From Octopus vulgaris (lineage: Eukaryota), in contig OX597839.1 of the NCBI GenBank assembly GCA_951406725.2, forward strand, positions 31,434,001-31,498,000: 64,000 bases of DNA. Reading direction: 5' to 3'. Shown here in pieces: positions 42,005 to 55,694 of the stretch. The notes under the pieces are model-generated. The model worked only from the letters and a program-made list of their open reading frames with translations. It did no database searches and was not told the origin of the DNA. Every line of letters begins with the position of its first letter. Within the stretch, counting starts at the first letter, position 1. Position numbers and translations under genes: made by a program.

Positions 42005-42165
42005 CCCTTCACCATTCAGACTACTCTGTCAAATGTTTGTTTGGTTGCATTGCTTTGAATTAATCCTGCATTATCTTGTAGCTTTGAAATTTTAATGACA
42101 TGACTGTATATTTTTAGAATAATATGTGGGAGAGGCCAGATCTGGCTGGTTTCAGTGCTGAAGGG
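42005..42165. mobile_element. piggyBac-like MITE, shorter copy
   Basis: cccttca...tgaaggg|TTAA, with internal similarity to the 33377 copy. Confidence 0.7.
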
Positions 42166-42964
42166 TTAATGATAAAATGTCCATTTGGCAAAGTTCATCT
42201 AATTCTCTTTCGGTTTGTCATTCAGCAAACTGAAGACACAGTTTCAGGTAAGCACTTAAAAGAATCAAGCAACACCTGTTCGTTATGATACGAGGTGGGG
42301 GTGATGGGGAAGACATCTGCTATGGGAAGAGCTGAGGCTTTGATAATGCCCCCAGCTACAACCATAAACTTTAAAACCATTTTGGATATTCTTAAGAAGA
42401 TGCCTACGCATATGATCGGCCATAATTGCTGTCCATTACTACAAGATGGTGCACTATGACATTTTGTGAAATGTGTTAATGACTCGTTTAGAGCTAATGT
42501 TAATTAGCTTAATTAGATAAATGGGTGGAGGTCAACTCTTGAGCTGAACCTTTCTAGCTTATAATGCTTCATCAATTTTAAATTTTAAAGAGAAGATGCT
42601 GCAGGTTTGGAGTAGGGAAACTTCCACATCAGGCGTGACCGAGCAAACCTTTGCTGAAAGGCACTCCTTGTATGACCATCCCATCTTTGCCGATAATTAA
42701 TATTAAACTACAGTAATTAATGCCTAAGGTGGCGAGCTGGCAGAATTGTTAGCATGTCAGGCAAAAAACGTAGTAGCTTTTCATTCATCTTTATGTTCTG
42801 AGTTCAAATTCCACCAAGGTCAACTTTGCATTTCATCCTTTCAGGCTTGATAAAATAATGTACCACCAGCTGTGTACTGGGGTTGATGCAGTCAACTTAC
42901 ACCCCTCCCCACAATGAAATTGCTCACCTTGTGCTGAAGTTTGAAACCAATAAATTAATAAATG

Positions 42965-43258
42965 GTAAAGAGGCGTCTGAGAGATATTTTTTCACACTTA
43001 GAGATGCTGAAGCATGGAACAAATTCCCTGCATCAGTTGTTAGTTGCCGAGACATTGCATCCTTTAAAACCTCCAATGCTTCCTGAAATTCGCTGACCCT
43101 ACACCTGATATCCCACCCCCTCCATACGCATGCACACATGTCTATCATGACTCGCACACTGTTCACTGTGTCTGACATAATTCTATTTACTACACATGCA
43201 CCTTTGATGCGTTGTAGAGCACCTGAGCACTATACTCTATAATTTCAGTATTATTATG

Positions 43259-43290
<32 letters not shown>
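42965..43290 (+). mobile_element. CR1/L2-group LINE 3' fragment
   Basis: RYFFTLRDAEAWNKFPASVVSCRDIASFK resembles the FF..RV...WN.LP..VV.....FK terminus. Ends in an (ATT)n tail. Confidence 0.7.
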
Positions 43291-43292
<2 letters not shown>

Positions 43293-44284
43293 TTGGCTGC
43301 TGTTACTAGCAAGTCAATTAACCATGTAAATCCAACCCATGCCAGCAGGGAACTTGAGCATTAAATGATGATGATGATGATGATATTGATGAAGAGGAGG
43401 AGGAGGACACTCCTTTGTTGGCCCCAATCAAGGCCCCCGGTGCAATGATGACTTCATGTGTTCTAAAGTGTCTGAAACCTCACTCAGAAGCAGTGAGAAC
43501 TTGAACAGAACTTTCGCTCAGCTGATTCTGAGTCACAACCTGTTTGGTTTAAGCACGTTTAAGTACTTGAGATACTCAGCAATGGAGTAAGGTATAGATT
43601 TACAACATCACACCTAAGCTTATTATTTGCAACACGAAATCACACTCTCACTGGCCAGTATACCTAATCCATACATTGGTTAGATCTCTTGAAACACTCG
43701 TGAGAGTTTTAACTGAAGGGACTTGGAAACAAAACTAAATCAAAACAAAATCAACCACTTGCACTATTACATGTTTGTGTTCTTAAATGTCAGCTTAAGT
43801 CTTGATGGGAACTAAACAGGGAAGAGAAAGCTTAAATTGTTTGTTGTAAACATAAACCTGGCACAAAGAAGTAATGCCTGGGGTTAGGAACAAGCATCTG
43901 CACAGCGTTTCTGATTGGCACATTAATCTCTTTGATTTACAAGGTGTTCATATGGGAGGGGAATTCGGGTGGTGGTGGTGGTGGTGTTTAGGGCAGAGAA
44001 TATGACAAAACTATGACACGTTCACTCAAGTGGAATTCTGGTAATAATATTCAAGAAATCAGTGTTCAATGGCAGAATCATTTGGGAAGCAGACAAAATG
44101 TATTGTTGTATTTAATTAGGTCATTTTATGGGTTCAAATCCTGCTAAGATTGCCTTTCTCTTTCGTCCTTCCAGAGTTGATAAAATAAAGTCCAAATTAA
44201 GTACTGAGAATCCCTAAATCGATTAAACTCTACCCCTGCGGCCTGATTACGACAAAAAATTAAATAAAAATGTAAGAATTTATA

Positions 44285-44542
44285 ATCCTCAACTGCTAAG
44301 TTATGGGGATGTAAACACACTAACACCAGTTGTCAGCTGGTGGTGGATGACAGACACAGATGAATAGACACACACACATATATGGGCTTCTTTTTGTCTC
44401 CATCTACCAAATCCACTCACAAGTCTTTGGTCGGCTTAAGGCTATAGTCGAAGACATTTGCCCAAGGTGCCACACAATGAGTTTGAACCCAGAACCATGT
44501 GGTTGAGAAGTAAACTTCTTACTACACAACCATGCCTGCCCC
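44285..44542 (-). mobile_element. SINE family A, partial
   Basis: Shares the ccaaatccactcacaag...gaagacatttgcccaagg segment. Other partial copies near 1645, 6720, 17020, 32470 and 45000. Confidence 0.75.
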
Positions 44543-46242
44543 TATCTGCAAAATGTTTATAAGAGATGTTAGTTCCAGTCCCATGATGGCCATCAACATT
44601 TTTTCACCAAGGGATTTTTTTTAACCCAATGTTTATAAGTTATTATTTATAGCTTTATATGCTTTAAGATTCCCTGTTCCAAAACGAAAAAAAAAGCAAA
44701 ACAAATAATTCCCCATTCTCTTGAAATTCATAAATTTCTCTGATGTTAACAACAACACAAAGGTTTAAGGTTCCATCACCAAATTTTAGTATCCATTTAT
44801 TGACAGCCTCAGACCCAGAGCTACCATTACCAGGCCTAATATTTCTTCTGATGTTTTCCAAACCAGATGTGACATTCCTCCCAAAGATGAAGAACTGGCA
44901 GAATCTTAAACATGCTTTACAAAACGCTTGGCAGCATCTCATCCATCTTCACATTCTGAGTTCAAAATCAGTCTCCTTTACTATGCAGCTGAGTTACAGG
45001 GATGTAAACAAACAGGCACCGGTTGTTAAGCAGGAGTGAGGAACTGACAGAACACAAACCACTGTAACACAACAGTTTCCTTCTGCCAAATTCACTCACT
45101 TAGCATTGGTTGTCCTGGGACTGTAGAAGACACTTGCCCAAGGTGTCACACATGGGACTGAACCTGAAACCATGTGGGACCATACAACTATAACTAGTGA
45201 GGGAAAGAAGGACAGGGCCCATGACCCTTTTTAGCTGGGCCCCTGGAATTGATGGAAGGAAGAAAGTAAGTTATCTGCAGATCAGAAAATGGACACAAAA
45301 GTTTGTAACAAAGAGGTCTCCGTTATATCCAGTGAAGGGTGAGAAACTGAACAAGGGCTTGTCTACCATACTAAAGCAAGAACAGCCCCTTGGTTAGGGT
45401 TCCACATAGATTTCCATCAAGCGTGTTCCTATAACAAAACTGTAGTCAATCCAAGGCTCTGACAATTGACACTAGCCCAGGGTGCCACACCATGAGATCA
45501 AACACAAAACTGTCGAACTGTGAAGAGAATTACTTCTTTGCACAGCCATCATTGTGGTTCTCTGCAAAACACTTCAATTTCGTTTAAAAGTCACCATGGT
45601 GTTAGCAGAGATAGAAAACTTTTATATTTTAATAAAAACTGCAATAGAATATTTAAAGTGCCATACAGATTCTGGACATACGTTCATGTACATAACAAAG
45701 GACTTATTTTTGTTTGATAACCTTTAGAAGTCAGTTTCCATAGGATAAAGTACTGACAGCTGAAAGACACAGAAACCAAACAACTTATGAATAATGTTTC
45801 TAAGTGACCCTTCTTTACTGAAGATGCAACCTCACTTTCGCTAAATAAAGGTCCTTGTGAATATGGGGGCGGGTGGGGGTAGGTTAGAGAAACCAGACCA
45901 CTGTAACTGTTCTTCTAGAATTTCATACAGCCGGGATTTTTATAAGATGGACTCCATTTCACGTATAAAGTCAACAAAGATATCTTGGCTTCTTTCATAG
46001 AACAGATAACTTTGAACCTCTAAATGTCACGTGTGTGTGTGTGTGTGTGTGTGAGAAGATCAATATCACTTACATCTTTGACCCTCATCTTTGATATCAC
46101 TATTGATTCTGTCTCTCTAAGATCTCATCATATCATGGTATGTGATATATGCTTGGTAAAATCAATATTTCCACAGAAGATTCACAAAAAAAGTAGACTC
46201 ACCTTATACTAACCACCTAACATAAGTATTTGGAAAAAAAAA

Positions 46243-46281
<39 letters not shown>

Positions 46282-46448
46282 GTGCACACACAGCAAAACA
46301 CTAAAGATTTCCTTTTTTGTAATGTTGACAATCCACCTCCAATGATCTTCATTGATGGTTTACATTGAAAACACAAATAGGCTGACCTTAGGGCAGTAAC
46401 AAGCTACAATTATGAAAAGACCAGACGGAGGTGCATTCAGGTGAATGT

Positions 46449-46483
<35 letters not shown>

Positions 46484-46646
46484 TATATATATATATATAG
46501 ATATATATCAATGTTTATAAGTTCAAAAGTGTGTGTGAATGTGTATGTATCTATATCTATCTATCTGACTATATATATACCCACACACACATATATAGAT
46601 GGAAACTGAAAGACACCCACCCCCGTCTCTCTCTCTCTCTCTCTCT

Positions 46647-46691
<45 letters not shown>

Positions 46692-46806
46692 TTAAAGTAA
46701 GGTAGGGGGGTTATGGGTGTAACCCACTATGGGATAGTATTTATCCAAATATACTGTTGGTAAAGTTGATGAACAAACTAAATTTGTTTCTCCATTTTCT
46801 TATTTG

Positions 46807-46854
<48 letters not shown>

Positions 46855-46880
46855 TATATGTATGCATATATTTATATATA

Positions 46881-47764
46881 CAGGGTGTGGTGAACAAACT
46901 GTCGTCTAAATTACGCAAAAATGAGAATTACACTGACATCTCATTTTAACAGATATATTTACCAAAATTACATAAATATATCTTGAAATATTAAAGAGTA
47001 AATTTATTTAATAAAATTGCCATTAGCTTCAGCCACGGCTTCCAAATGACTTCAGAATCTCCAGTAACTCTTCTGGACAGTCTCCTTGCTTAAATTCGTG
47101 AATACTACCATAATCCTTGCCTTCAGTTCATCTCTGGTATTACAAGGAGTTTTGTTGGTCTCTCACTGAACTGCACCCCACACATAATAATCAAGGGGGT
47201 TGCAGTCTGGGGAGTTAGGTGCCCAGATGTTAGGGGTGATGTGGTTGCAGAAATTGTCTGACAGCCATCACTGGGTTCTCCTCCTTGTGTGGCATGGCAC
47301 AGAGTCCTGTTGCCAGACATAGGGTCTTCCAGCAGCCACCCTCTTGACCCAGAGCAGCACCACCTCCTCCTGGCACTTGATGTAGGCCTCCATGTTGAGT
47401 CTGAGGCCATGTGGGAAGATGAATGGAGGCATAACGTCACCATCACTATTGATCACTCCAAACACAATGATGTTGACTGGATGTTTGATTTTTATCACTC
47501 TCAGTACATGTCCCCAGATTGCACTGGCCTCAGATTGACACCCAAACACTCTGAAATGTTTGTATTGGAGCTTCCAGCATGCATGCCCAGCAATACAGCA
47601 TGTCGTTTCCAAATTTCTGGCAGAGTGAATTGTGTCATGTTGCTGTTTTGCCCACAGACAGTGCCCACCTGACCCTACTATACTGTGTAGTTGACAATAT
47701 AAAAACAATGTGCATACACAAGATTAAAAATATAAAATGGCAACAATTTACCTATCGCACTCTG
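46881..47764 (-). mobile_element. Internally deleted Tc1/mariner-superfamily transposon, DD37D (maT) type, pseudogenised transposase
   Basis: WQQDSVPCHT...*...WAPNSPDCNPLDY with 37 residues between the last two catalytic D. Degenerate 26-bp TIRs (cagggtgtgg... / ...cgcactctg), a 5' TA, and in-frame stops. Confidence 0.92.
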
Positions 47765-47839
47765 TGTGTGTGTGTGTGTGTTTGTGTGTGTGTGTATGCT
47801 TGATCAGTGATGGTCTGTATAAGTACCGGGGGAGTGTCT

Positions 47840-48263
47840 ATTTACCTACCTACCTATCTATCTAATCTATCTATACCTACCTATCTATCTATCTATCTAT
47901 CTATCTACTATCTATCTATCTATCTCACCTATCTACCACCACCATCCTATCTATATCCTATTCTACTACTATCTATCTATCTATCTATCTACCTACTATC
48001 TATCCTACCTATTTACCTACCTACCTATCTATCTATCTATCTATCTATTTACCTACCTACCTATCTATCTATCTATCTATCTATTACCTACCTACCTATC
48101 TATCTCTATCTGTCTAACTATCTATCTACCTATCCATCCATCCATCCATCCATCTATATCTATCTATCTATCTATCTATCTATCTACCTACCTACCTATC
48201 TATCTATCTATCTATCTACCTACCTACCTATCTATCTATCAATCTATCTATTTACCTACCTAC

Positions 48264-48303
<40 letters not shown>

Positions 48304-48352
48304 TTACCTATCCGTCCATCCATCCATCCATCCATCCATCCATCCATCCATC
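47840..48352. repeat. (CTAT)n/(CCTA)n/(CCAT)n compound tetranucleotide repeat
   Basis: Directly visible. Confidence 0.97.
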
Positions 48353-51300
48353 CATGCATGCATACATCAAAGCACACACACATATACTTAAAGCTGAAAG
48401 CAGAGTCAGGTGCTGGACATGATTGGAGAAATTGTTGTTTCAATGATGGCTTCTTAAATAATTTTGATGACTGCAAGCAATAATATTAAAGTTCGCCAAC
48501 AGAACTGACCTTACAGCAACAGGGGGAGGAGGAGGAGGAGGAGGAGAAGAAGAAAGAATTGGAAGTGGAGGGTGGGAAAAAAAAGAAGCAAAAACCGATG
48601 CGAATCTGTTGTGTAGTCTTTCCGTCTCCATTTCATTAAGAAATAAACTCAAAACAAGACACTTGTCTCTGATTGCTAAGTGAATTGAAGTTATTCTTTC
48701 ATGACGCATATCACCTTTCCACATAGAATTGACAATAATCAGAAAAGTAATTCCATTTCTTCAATATAATTGGTCTGTAATTATTGAGTTTGTTGCACAG
48801 CCAATTCAGAGATGATATTGGTCTCTTTTCTCTTGGTTTTTTCCTTTTTATTTTGTTTGTATTTTTGTTGTTGTTGTTGTTGGTTTTCTCAGAGATGATC
48901 AGTTTGCATTTTTTCTTTCTTTTTTCCTCCCCTCATTACACCGTATTGATTTAAAGAGACATTTTTCAATTAATTGCATACCAATTAATTACAACTTAAT
49001 TTTAATGGCATCTGTTTTCATATCATTAACAGATGATAATTAATGCAAAATGAGCTGGGAAGATATTAAAAACTTAACACAAGTCACTAATAAAGTTGCC
49101 AGCCACGACGACCATTCACTAATTGTAAACAACACACACAAGACGAAATTAAAAAATAGTAAGAATAAGTAAACAAATGCAGAAATGAATTCAGGTGATA
49201 TGAGACGACTTGTGGGACGCAGTAGCTAAGTGCTTCAGGTAGAAGGGTCTTTTAATTAAAGGTTTCTGTTCGTCTGTCAGAATGACGATGACCATCAAGT
49301 CCTCCGGGGAGGGGGGAGAAGGACGACTGAAGAGTCGTGCAGTGATGTTGTTTTAAGTGAAGAAGAGTTGTACCTTGTCAGCTTCCACCTTTTACTTGTA
49401 ACCATCTTGAATCCAGTGCCAAGACCAGGTGAGGATAATTAGGAGATGGAGACAGATGCAGGAGATGACCATGATTATGCCATTTGCCTCATTTAGCTCC
49501 CTACACTCCCCAGTCTGTTGTTGCAACTCCCTTCCTCTCCACTGATTCAGGAAGCTTTCTTCTGTGCTCCCTGCCACATCCAGCCTTCACATGCAGAGGT
49601 AAGAAGCAAGCCTGAACTCACCAAGAGCTACACACCCATTGTCTACCCTCATCTTCCACTCAAACAGGTTTACTGGTATGTGGTTGTTATTGCATGCAAA
49701 CAGCTACCTGGAGCCACAGATGAGAGTTGGGTACCAGGTGGAGATCAACGCAGATGAACTACCCTGAAAGGTTTGACATGTTCCCCTATCAAAGGTGATA
49801 CCCCACCCTGACACTTGATCTTAATCTGTTAATCATTGGTGTGATTAAAAGATTAAGACTGAGTGATTAAAGTATTGAAAACTCTTTTGATTGAAGGATG
49901 AAGACCATGTAAACAAGTTACATATGTAAACCTTGAACATATTTCCCTACACCAGGGAGTCACTTTTGATTTGTGTTCCACTTATTCATGGTCAACATGT
50001 GTCCCATAGCTTACATATGATAAAAATATATCCCTGCATTATCCCTGTTGTCCCACTATTTCTGTCACTGGCAAATGCTCATGTAAGCAAGCATGGCTGT
50101 GTAGTTGCGAAGTTCACATCTTAATCACAGTCACATCATGACTAGTGAAAGTGAAACCGGTTGACAACCACAATACTCTTACATTTAAAATATATTAAAA
50201 CTAGGTAAACTGTGTGCATTTTCTTTTTTTATTATATATATATTTTTTACATTACAACTCACCAAGTGCAGATTATCGAAATTCTCTTCCCCCTTTTTTT
50301 AAACTCTCTCTCTATATATACGTATGTATGTATGTATGTATGTATGTATGTATGTATGTATGTATGTATGTATGTATATATGTATGTATATATATCATTA
50401 TCATCATCATTTAACGTCCATTGTCCATGCTGGCATGGGTTGGATGGTTTGACTGGGGTGGTATGCTGGAAGGATGTGCAAGGCTCCAGTCAGATTTGGC
50501 CTGGTTTTCTATGGCTGGATGCCCTTCCTAACACCAACCACTCAGAGTGTGATGGGTGCTTTTATGTGCCACCAGCACGGGTGCCAATTTGTGTGACACT
50601 GATATCTGCCACAACTGTGATTTAACTTGCCTTCACGGATCTTCTTCTCAAGCGTGACGTAATGCCAAAGGTCTTGGTCGTTGTCTCCGCAAGGCCCAAC
50701 ACTTGTAAAAAACTCAGCCACCTTGACGCCCAACACTCAAAAGGAACTCAGCCACTTTGCCTCCATATATATATCCTTTATGTTTCTCTTTTGTCTCAGT
50801 CAGTGGACCGTAGCCATGCCAGCACACCACCTTAAAGTGTCCAGTCGAACAAACTGAGTCATATCTCATTGAAAAAGAAAAAAAAAATTATTTCATTTCA
50901 GAATTTCAAAGGTTTACATGTAAAGAGCAGAACTTTTACCAACTTGCAAACATTCTGCCAAATACCTATTCCTCGAATAGCAAGGCTTGGTATGGATAAT
51001 ACTGGAAACACTGAGAGATTGGGGAAAACTATTGGATTTCAATGCCATATTTATTAGTTTTCTTATCTCCATTTGTAGAAAATGATTTCCTTTGAAATGT
51101 TCAAACCTTTTTGTTTTTCTTTATTATTGTACGTTTTTTTTCCCCCCTTCGGCTACTTTGTACAGTTTCACTACAATTATATATCTACATTCAAATACTT
51201 TCAATAAACATGTTTTGTTTACATAGACTGGCAGGCATTTCCACATCCTTTTACAATCCTTTTCTGTATTCACATATTTACATATTTTCCACCCATGCCA

Positions 51301-51704
51301 CCCACCGCCTCCTCAGTCTCTCCTCCCTATTGTCAAGGAGCTGCTGCTGTTGTTTTCGTTTTGTTAACAAACCATTGAGATCTAATCAATGATCGTTTTT
51401 ACCTTCATCCACTTCACATAATGATACACAGCTCTGCTGCCGATATTGAGTGGTGTCTATACTCTTACTCATTCACTTTTATGGGGGTGACTCAGGCTGC
51501 CTCACTTGGACTTTCCTAGACACAGAACCATGCTTAATTGATCCAATGTCCCTCATGAGTCATTTGATTAATCAGATTTGTCTTTCCTTGCCAAAGAGTC
51601 TCCAAATGAGCATCAGCTGAGTCTGAGTCACCAACTGCTCAGCTACAAATATAAATATTGCGCAAAGTACTGAGTATTGGTTGTTTCACTTCTACACACA
51701 AAAC

Positions 51705-52030
51705 TGGCGCTCCATTGGCTATAGTGATGAGGGTTCCAGTTGATCCAATCAACGGAACAGCCTACTCATGAAATTAACGTACAAGTAGCTGAGCACTCCA
51801 CAGATATACATACCTTAAACATAGTTCTCAGGGAGATTCAGTGTGACACAGGATGTGACAAGGCTAGCCCCTTTCAATTACTGGTACAACTCGTTCTTGC
51901 CAGCTGAGTGGAATGGAGCAACATGAAATAAAGGGTCTTGTTCAAGGACACAACATGCTGCCAAGAATCGAACCCACAACCTTATGATCATGAGCCAAAG
52001 ACCCGTAACCACTAAGCCACCCACCTTCCA
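51705..52030 (-). mobile_element. tRNA-derived SINE family E
   Basis: Head GGTGGCTTAGTGGTTA...GGTTCGATTC. Body shared with copies near 6158, 23528, 33140 and 40660. Confidence 0.7.
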
Positions 52031-53452
52031 CACACACAACACAAACACACTCACACACACACACACACACGCAGGCACGCACATACAAAAGCACCTTTTT
52101 GAATTTCTATTAAAACTCTCTCTGGTTTTCAATAATGATATTTCTCTCAAGTTGGAAAAGAACCAACGGAACTTTTTGAAACGACACACAGACACAGCGA
52201 TGTTATGATAGTCAGCCAAGCATAACATATGACAAATAGCATGAAAAGCAATCAACCCCCCCACCCCGGCAACCCTCCCCTTTCTCCGCCATCAGCCAAA
52301 TCTCTGCTTCCTTCTGAATGTTCGTTAATATTTCATTCTGATGGCTAGTTACACAACACTGACATCACAATTAACTCTCAAACATTAGGAAAATCAAGAA
52401 AGACATTTCCAGTCGTGTGATGTGCGAGTCAGAAGATTTCAAAATAAATTGGGGATAATGCCAAGCGTAGCCGGCCGGCATAATTATTATTATCGATGTG
52501 ATTTATATAATGTGAAATATTCAGTCAAAATGTCAGATGAACCAATGACTTTTGAACAATGCAACTGACTTTTTGTGGCCATCAACAAAATTAATGTCTT
52601 AGAAAACTAAAAACTGTTACAGTTGCACAAAACCTCTGGGAGTAAGGCTGTTGTTGCTTAACCCCTTCTCTTAACACTGACAGGGCTGATCTATGATCAA
52701 AACTATCTCAGCTGTGACAATGCTGTCTTTCTCCGAGGCATGGTGTACTAAGTATCACATTACTCAATGTGTCCTTCTTTTAGAAGACAGGAAACTATGA
52801 TTTGATGGAAATTTGGCTGTTATCATTAGCAGTTCAGTTGGGTGTAGAGAGGGCCCCTTGTTCATTCAAAGGAGCAGAATTTGATTCAAGTTTGTCTCAA
52901 ATCTCACAACCTCTGTAACTCAAGTCAATGATGGATCCTTGCTACAGTTATTTAACCTGATAGAAATAGCAGCAAAATCTACCTCTAATTATACCACACA
53001 AGTTTTAAAAAGAGACTGAAAACACATGGGGTGGTCATGGCTGGAATATTTTCAAGCTAAAGTCTACTTGATTAGCAATATCCTGGAACTTGTGCATCTA
53101 CGGACATAACATCCCTTCACAAACATTTAGACTCACTGTCAACACCTCTAAATAATATCACAACATTATTTTTTAAATCCCTTTTCCCCATATTCTAACG
53201 CAGAAACAAAACAGAAAAAAAGCATCAGTATGAGCACAGCCAGACTGTTTAAATTCTGAGTTGAGGGCCGAATATCTCCAGTGAATCTTGCAAAACCAAA
53301 AGTTTTCAATCATACACCAAATTGCCAAGCCCTACTCATCTGTTTTACCTAAACCCCACCACCAGAACTTTCAATCATACACCAAACCTTGCTTGCCTGC
53401 TCCTAGTGAATCCACCACCAAGAACCTTTAATCATAAATATGAAGTTCTTCT

Positions 53453-53925
53453 TTAGGTGCCATGTCCAGAATGTAGGACATAAGCTCTCATGTCCAACCA
53501 CCATCCTCTCTTCTTTGTCTTCTGTAACAGCTCCACTTCCTCATGTTTAATGCTTCTTCCTTCCAACCAATTCCTCAAGTTTGACATCCATATCATCCTT
53601 CTCCTTCCTCTGCTTCTTTTCCCTTCAGTCTTTGTGGTCATTGCTAAACTCCCCAGGCTCTCATTCCTCATCACATGACAAAGGGATCTCAGTTGCTTGG
53701 CCCTTATCTCACAAAGCAGTTCCCTATTTACCACAGTGTGGATCCTCACTTCTTCATTGGACCCTTTGTCTGTCCATGCTGTCCTCAGTATTCCCCTTAA
53801 GAACCACATTTTACAGCTCTCCAAGTACCTTCTCATTTCTCATGTTATAAGGCCATGACCCACTTCCATACATTAACACAGGGTAGACATAGCCATCCAA
53901 TAGAGATATTTTGGTCTCGATGCTC
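53453..53925 (-). mobile_element. RTE/BovB-like LINE ORF, C-terminal fragment
   Basis: VLMYGS.SW...MWFLRGILRTAWTDK.SNEEV...HVMR...EGKRSRGRRR..W, typical RTE C-terminal motifs. Confidence 0.85.
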
Positions 53926-55166
53926 AGAGAAGGATTTCTAAAGATGCTATGTGATTTGGGGGATGCAGATTTTGCCAGCACTCCTCATTTTTTTTATCTC
54001 CTTCACACATTTTGCATCTTCTGTGATCAAAGTTCCAAGGTTCCATGGTAGTTGAAGGATGATTTGAGTGTTTACTTTCAGCATGAACTTTGGCAGAGGT
54101 TTGTAATATCCCTTGCACTAAGGACCTTTTGGTGGTTTTTGGAACCACCTCCCTCCCACAGACCTGCTCCAGCAGGATTAGGTTGAGTCCCTCGATAATA
54201 ACAAGAACCCAAGAACAAATTTTTCCTAGAATCAGGTCTATGTACCAGTTGGGAGCTTAACTGCTTCTGTTTGTCAGCACCTGGAGTTGGAGAAAGGGAT
54301 CAACTACACACAGTCAGGGTGCCATTAGGCCACGACAATCCTTACCATTCAAAACACTCAAAGCCTATGTTCTTGGACCTAATCCCCAGTAAAACAATAT
54401 AAACTCCATGGAAATTAGGGGTGGCAAATACATTGACAACTGGTGATACAAAGACTTGAAATAATGGAATGAATGTCACGCTTGTGAAGAAGAAGAAGAA
54501 GAAGGCATGGCTTCCTTACAGCCTTCATAACAGATAATCCACTGTTTAATCTCTGAGGTTAGTCTTGCCTGAAATGGCTCTCCCAATTAAAGCCAGAATA
54601 TATCCTAACCAAACATAGATGCCATGGTAGGCTGAACAAGAAATTATGGTTCAGCGACGATGTTTCAGCCTTTACTTGGTCACTCAACCTGCAGCCAAAT
54701 CTCCCTTCTACTAATATCCTACAATCTTAAAAGTAAAGCACACACGATAATGTAGTCTGTGGTAAACTAAGCCGGAACAAAAAGACAGAAATACTTTTCA
54801 TCAATAGGTCTGCACACTAACAGAGTTGACCTGGGGCTGAATAACAAAAACAACAATAACAGAATATTTTTTTTTAAAGAAGAGTTAAAGGAAAGACCAG
54901 CTACGGATGAGAATTTTGGTGATTTAACGTTTAGGGTTCACATCCGGCCAACAACAACAGAATCTTTTGAATCTAAAGGGATGAATAAAATAAAGTGATA
55001 TAAAGTTATATTTCCTTTTAGTTTGATTTTACTTGTTTCAGTCATTGGACTGCGGCCATGCTGCAGCACCACCTTGTATATATATATACACACACACGTG
55101 TATATATATGTGTGTGTGTGTGTGTGTGTGCATGTATGATGATGAATAATAATAAGTGTTGCTTAC

Positions 55167-55234
55167 CTGACTCGTAGCTCTCTTAGTTGCCATTCTTTGT
55201 GTTTATCAAAAGCAATCAAAATGGAAGCAATTTC
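55167..55234 (-). CDS. CAMTA: CAMTA CG-1 domain exon (68 nt): EIASILIAFDKHKEWQLRELRV(R)
   Basis: Acceptor ttacag|GAA and donor AG|gtaagc. Phase 0 to 2, joining the 36324 exon (AG+A = Arg). Matches vertebrate CAMTA1 EIAAYLITFEKHEEW...R. Confidence 0.93.
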
Positions 55235-55644
55235 CTGTAAAGAGACAAGTAAACAAAAGTCAGGAATGAGCTCTCCCTCACACACAAACACAAACAAACA
55301 AACACACACATATATATATGGAACTTCTGACAATATTGTATAAAAGATTGGTGGAATCAGCCGAGAACATGTCACGAAATACAAAGCAATTTTTACTCAG
55401 CCTGGACATTGTGAATGTTTCTTTTATCTTTTTACTTGCTTCGATCATTAGACTGTGCCCATGCTGGGGCACCACTTTGGATTTTAGTCTAATGAATCGG
55501 CCCTAGCACTTATTTTTTTTTTAAGCCTAGTACTTATTCTATTGATCTCATTTGCTGAATCACTAAGTCATGAGGATATAAACACATCAACACCAGTTGT
55601 CAAGCAGTGGGGGGGGGGCAAACCCCTCCTGAGTGGGTGAACTG

Positions 55645-55694
55645 TGCAATTAATTTCGGTGCATCTCACAGTTGCAGAAGCATCTCGTCAGGTG
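55645..55694 (-). ncRNA. Degenerate minimal hammerhead motif (duplicated at 62220-62269)
   Basis: Minus strand: cac CTGACGA gatgcttctgcaactgtgagatgcacc GAAA ttaa TT gca. Core and palindromic loop are intact; stem I is decayed. Confidence 0.45.
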
